In this document: positions 52,901 to 64,000 of the stretch, piece after piece
Numbering within the stretch: position 1 is the stretch's first letter
Layout: every line of letters begins with the position of its first letter
Source: Amoebidium appalachense
Lineage: Eukaryota > Protista > Ichthyosporea
Direction of reading: 5' to 3'
Assembly (NCBI GenBank): GCA_963693365.1
Contig: CAVNZM010000010.1
Location: 2,294,001 to 2,358,000 of the forward strand
DNA length: 64,000 bases
Program-made: the position numbers and the translations under genes
The notes under the pieces: model-generated
What the model was told of the DNA's origin: nothing
The model's input: the letters and a program-made list of their open reading frames with translations, nothing else
The model's database searches: none

Positions 52901-53564
52901 ACGGTACGGTACACCGTCTTGCCGATCAATGTATAATACATGTACACTGAAGGTGTGTGTGTACACGTGGAGCGCGAGTGCGAGTGTGCACGTGTGTGTG
53001 TGCAAATGTCAATGTGTGTGGAGGTATGCACGGTGTAATGCTATGCGTGCATGATATGTGCTTGGCTGTCACACTGTGAGTAATGTGTGTGTGTGTGTGT
53101 GTGTGTGTGTGGGGAGGGGGGGGGGGGAGAGGGGGGGAGGGGGGGGGGGGGGGGGGGGGGGGGCACGGTGAACTGCTATTACAGCTACACATTGCTGAAT
53201 GCCGCTGTGACAGAACATGTATCCGCCCCCTCCCCCTCCTCATCCCCCCCCTCTCCCCACCACCACCACCCCACCACCACCACCACCGTCCATCCACCCA
53301 GACAACCGCCGTACCGTAGGCTAAGCACCCCACCAACCTCCATGTCCCTCTCCCCCTCCCCCCCAAAATAAGGACACGACACATAAACACAAACATGCAC
53401 ACATCCTTACTCGTCCACACACACGCACACACACACACGCACACACACACACACACACACAAAAGGAAGATAGTCGCTTAGTTAGGTACTACAACCTGCG
53501 TGAGTGGAAAGAATAAATGAACCGGGGCCCTTGGGTGGGGGTTTTCTTTGGGTGGTGGTCGTGT

Positions 53565-53615
<51 letters not shown>

Positions 53616-54585
53616 CCTTTTTTGGGTTGGGGGGGGGGAGAACTTTGGGGGAAGGGGGGCGGGGGGAAGGGGGGTGGGGGGAGAGGGGGGGGGGGGAGAG
53701 AGGGGCAGATTTATTCTGCAAAAGCAAAAATATCCGCTGAAAGTAGAATAAATCTGTAAGAGGCAGATTTATACTGCAAAAACCAAGTTTATCCTGCTGC
53801 CGTGAGTTACATAGTATTAATGTACCTAATTCTGCCCAAACTAAATGGAGAACAATCCCCCTTTTTTGCAGATTAATTATGCTCAAAAAGAAAATTCAGC
53901 AAACGTAGACTAAAGTGACGTAAAACCGAAAACACGTCCCACAATCAAGCACCCAACCACTGCAGCACAACCATCTGATCATAGAAACTCATTCCGCTGG
54001 GTGACCGCACAGAGCCAAATCTGCAACATATGCTGCTGCTATCAAAGCACGTCAGCGATTGCCTCTCGTGCATGCATGCTGCCGACTTTGAAATGGCACT
54101 TCCCATGTATGTATGTGTCGCTCCATAGTTGTTGCTCCCAAACTAAGATTTTCCTCTCAAGTGCATGATAACCAAATCTACAGGTTAAAATTCCCTCCCT
54201 ACCCTATGAGCTTCAAATAAAAGTAGAGCCACTTACCATCAATAGGGATCATTTACATAGATAGGGATCATGGCTAGCTAAGGACGAGATGCGATGTGAA
54301 TAAGGTGGCTACCCAGTCTAAACCTGCTTAGAGATTCAGATCACTAAGACACTAATTGTTACGGGGGAATTAGTGCTATATCGGAACTTGTGTATATAGG
54401 GGTACACACGCCTTGTTTAACTGATTCAATTTGATAGGTTACTTCTGTAATGCAATTAAATATTTTATCTTATAGTGCTAGGACTATTTACGGAAGGTTA
54501 TTTCCTTTAGATGAACCAAAGTTCCCCTCCCTTTGCATTCGACATCCTGGGAATATTCTCATGTACAAGAGCACCTCCTTCCATA

Positions 54586-54693
54586 ATCCCAACTCCCTTC
54601 CGTCCCAATCCACTTCCGTTTCCCCCTCTCCCTTGGTCTGGTGCCTCTTTTCCGTCCCCATCCCAACTCCCTTCCGTCCCAATCCACTTCCGT
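54586..54693. repeat. 34-bp direct repeat x2
   Basis: ATCCCAACTCCCTTCCGTCCCAATCCACTTCCGT at 54586 and 54660. Confidence 0.85.
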
Positions 54694-55036
54694 AAGTCAG
54701 TGTCACTGAGTCAAATGTGTGTGTATGCATGTGCGTGTGCGTAATGTATGGGAGGGGGTGGACTCTAAGCATGCTTCTAGATCTAAAGTTTAAACTGCTG
54801 AGCTACAGCCCGGAAAGAGCCCCCCCCCCCTCCCTCCCCCTGCGCGCCGAAGAAGGGGAGCCCACAAAAAACCAAACCTCTTAAATCTGTGCGGGGGAGG
54901 GGGGGGGGGGGGGGGGGGGGGGGGGAGAGGGAGGGGGGGAATGGGGATGAACACGTGCATCTCGGAAACACTAAAAACAGTATGGAGTCTGGATATGCTG
55001 TGATATGCTGTGGGTGAAGTGATACAGTAACTTGTC

Positions 55037-55128
55037 CCATACATACGGCATATCCGATTAGAACGGGCGGCTTCCTGTATTCCATACATACGGCATATCC
55101 GATTAGAACGGGCGGCTTCCTGTATTCC
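55037..55128. repeat. Exact 45-bp tandem duplication
   Basis: CCATACATACGGCATATCCGATTAGAACGGGCGGCTTCCTGTATT x2. Confidence 0.9.
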
Positions 55129-55640
55129 TACTTTTTATTAAGTTTTACAAATTTAAATTAAATATGGAGCCCCCGTGGAACTCAAAGGTTGTTGCAAAGA
55201 AAGCCAGACAGGCAGATACTGTGGGTTTCCTCCCCCCCCCCCCCTTTTTTTTCTTTCATCACGATATCTTGTAAATCATGGACGTGCGAATGGTCGCACA
55301 AGTTCTCAGAATATATTTTTTACTCTTAGTCCAACCAACTCCAACCAATACATGCAAATTAGACACCAATAAATGCAAATTAGACATTTGCAGCACTATT
55401 TTTCACTTTATTTGGTTCAAGAAAATAGGATTACAAAGATGCACAAGCATATCTTTATACTGGGGCGGGATGTCACTGATGCAATTTTAAGATGGTGCAT
55501 GGATCCACAACCAATAAGCGGTATTTCGTTCCAGATCCTTGCATTTTTGCACAACGCGGTGTTGGGAACCGGCCTGATCTCTTTTCGCGCCATATTGCCG
55601 TAGGTGTCGTGCGCATTCCAAACCCTCCGACTTGCCTCAT

Positions 55641-61582
<5,942 letters not shown>

Positions 61583-63185
61583 TTTCCCCTAAATATATAC
61601 ACTGTGATTATAACTCTCCTGTTGTAGTTGTTACTCCATCTAGCAACATAGTGGAGAAGAAAGAACACCAACTGAACAGTGCAGGAAAGTCTTTAAATTT
61701 CAACGTGAGGTAGGTGGCGTAATCAGATTCTTTGAATATGGAAGCGGTTATATCTTTTGCATGACCTACAGCTAATGTAGCAATAAAAAGAACAATTTAC
61801 CCAATGAAAGCGAGTATATGCATATTAATGTAATCTAGATATCCAATAGGAACGCTCTCAGACATGAAGGTAATTAATTTAATTGCAGCCAATGAAAGCA
61901 GCTCAAACTGGCGCCATTATCCCCGTACAAGAACACCCACGGCGTCCCACGCTCCTCCAAACAGCGATGCATTAGCACAAGTACAGTAAGAGTTATGTCA
62001 CGTTAAAAATAAAAACTACACTGCTTACTAACCGAATTAGACAATAATCCCTGAGGATTGGAATGTGTTTCCTGGGAGATTGCTTTACAAAAACAGTGTC
62101 AAACACCACTGTTTTACACTTTGTTTGGTTATCTTCAGCGTGGATAGATTTTGTCAACATTGTGGTTGCAAGCAATTGGCTCTTGATCCGTTGCACGGAT
62201 TGTGTTCCGTGCCCATGTTTGTTTACTCGTGCGGTACCCGGTACAGTCTTGGGTACAGGGCCCGGGTCTACTCGCCCGGTCGGGCATATGCAGCCTCACT
62301 AGTATTGAGAGTGGCATGGCAGTCATACAGGAGGAGTAGTACTGCAGGATACACGTGCATGTGTCCAGTGCCACAAATGTACTTTTTTACTGGTCATACA
62401 TGTGCAGTTGGCACGGTGGCAGGCTTCATTGATGGACTGCGCGCCGCTGAGGCTGACTTCCGATCGCGAACGGTGACTGTGAGCACGGCCCCTCTGAAAA
62501 AAAGACGGCCTGGATAGATCGTGAATCACTTACCCCCCATGTTTTAGATTAATCTTCAAGATTAATCAATCTTGTATCCCGGGAATTCTGGAAAATCGGT
62601 CAATTAGAGTGATTAATCTTCAACATTAATCTCAACTCCCCCTCAAAAAACGGAGTTTTTTCCCGTAAAAATGGTCCGACGGGGCTGAAATTTTCCATGA
62701 GCGAAGCAAACATAATAAAGGTTTGAAAGCCCAGCGGCTGGGTGTGTGTTGCATATGGACTTTTCGGCACAGCGAGAGCGTGACGGTAGGTGAATATGGA
62801 TATCGAGGATCATTAATCAAGGAGCCACAGTGACTGCTGCAAGGCTTGAATGATTGATCTGAGTGTGCTGTATTGCATTATGATGTGGGGGGAAAAACGC
62901 TGCGTTTCAACAAAGAAAGGGGAGAGCAATGCTTTTACACCCCTCGAGTGCAGTATACCATTGGTTGCTGTTCGAACAAGACCCATTTATGGTGTGACGT
63001 ATAGCCTTTTTTAGCTGTTGTAAACAAACAACACGGGCCGTGGCTACTTTTGAGGACCCTGCTTGTAGATTATCATCTCACACCCAACTTGAACCCGTAG
63101 CGTTGCTGTGGATACACCCTGTCGTTTTCACTTTCTTTTTGTTTTCTTGTTTTTTTTTTTTGGTTTTTGGTGATGGACGCAAAGA

Positions 63186-63638
63186 ATGGAAGGGGACTTT
63201 GAAATAATATTTGATGATAGTGGTGGGTTTGAAGCCGGCCGGGGCAGTAGACTAGAGACATCTTTAACGATTTCTTTGCTGACGAGAGCACAAGTGATAC
63301 AGAAGATTCTGTTGACAACGGTGATACCAAACTCACAGGAAAATGGCGTATTTATGACGCCAAGCAAGTAGAGTTAACACTCAAAGCAGACGATGTTGAA
63401 AACAGGCTTTTAGATACGTTCAGGAAGGAGGCCTCGGAGATCCAGAAACGTTTGCTAACCCACTTTTCTGGAGAGCCAACCATTAGTAACGTCCTCGATC
63501 TCTTCTTTTCACCACTCATTCTCCAGACACTGCTTGAGACTATCAAAATTGGACTCCGTGCACGCAAGAAGAGGACTGCCACACTACACGATTTACACGG
63601 TTTCCTGAAAGTGATATGCTATTTGTCATTCTACGGTG
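63186..63638 (+). mobile_element. Possible piggyBac-like transposase N-terminal fragment (frameshift near 63250; probably continues after an intron)
   Basis: An acidic leader (FFADESTSDTEDS) precedes VLDLFFSPLILQTLLETIK..TATLHDLHGFLKVICYLSFYG, which resembles the LFF..IL..IV..TN..T..EL..FLG start of piggyBac DDE_Tnp_1_7 domains. Repeated palindromic motifs lie upstream at 62546-62631. Recognised by eye only. Confidence 0.45.
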
Positions 63639-63798
63639 TACACATGTGTCCCCCTCCGTGTTCTATGGTGTTAAACTGAGCCACGCATTCCCAACCGCAA
63701 ACACCGGTACCTCCACTTTTCATATTTTGTTTTTGTTGTTTCGTCCTGATTTTCTCTATGCAAAGGAGCCTGTCTGAAGCTGTGTAGGTGTGTATGTG

Positions 63799-63874
<76 letters not shown>

Positions 63875-64000
63875 CTTCTTTTTCCTTCTCCCCCCCCCCC
63901 CCCCCTAGTTTTTTGAATATACGTAATAGCAAGGGGGACTGGCGGCATGCCAGCAGCAGTGTATGTGTGTATGTGTGTGGGTGTGGGTTTGTGTGTGTGT

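Overview
Eukaryotic genomic DNA whose introns are packed with (CA)n/(GT)n, poly-C/poly-G, (GGCA)n and (GCAC)n tracts, so almost all ORFs in the supplied track are repeat artefacts. Splicing short exons by hand gives five intron-rich genes. (1) A minus-strand protein with four tandem Cys/His zinc-finger-like repeats followed by WD40 repeats (~1.3-14.1 kb). (2) A plus-strand hypothetical protein (~15.3-20.9 kb). (3) A WDR20/CreC-family WD40 protein (minus, 27.5-39.6 kb). (4) Importin-alpha (plus, 40.65-49.7 kb). (5) A probably mitochondrial cysteine synthase (minus, 55.6-61.6 kb). Between genes 2 and 3 lie a 461-bp foldback palindrome and a frameshifted, intron-containing element encoding an integrase C-terminus, a chromodomain, an NLS and a USP-like cysteine protease. 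A piggyBac-like transposase fragment starts near the right end, and several small dispersed repeats/MITEs sit in introns. Many donors run directly into (GT)n and many acceptors are (CA)n-CAG with no polypyrimidine tract, which suggests structure-assisted splicing. All gene models were built by eye and no database searches were run.
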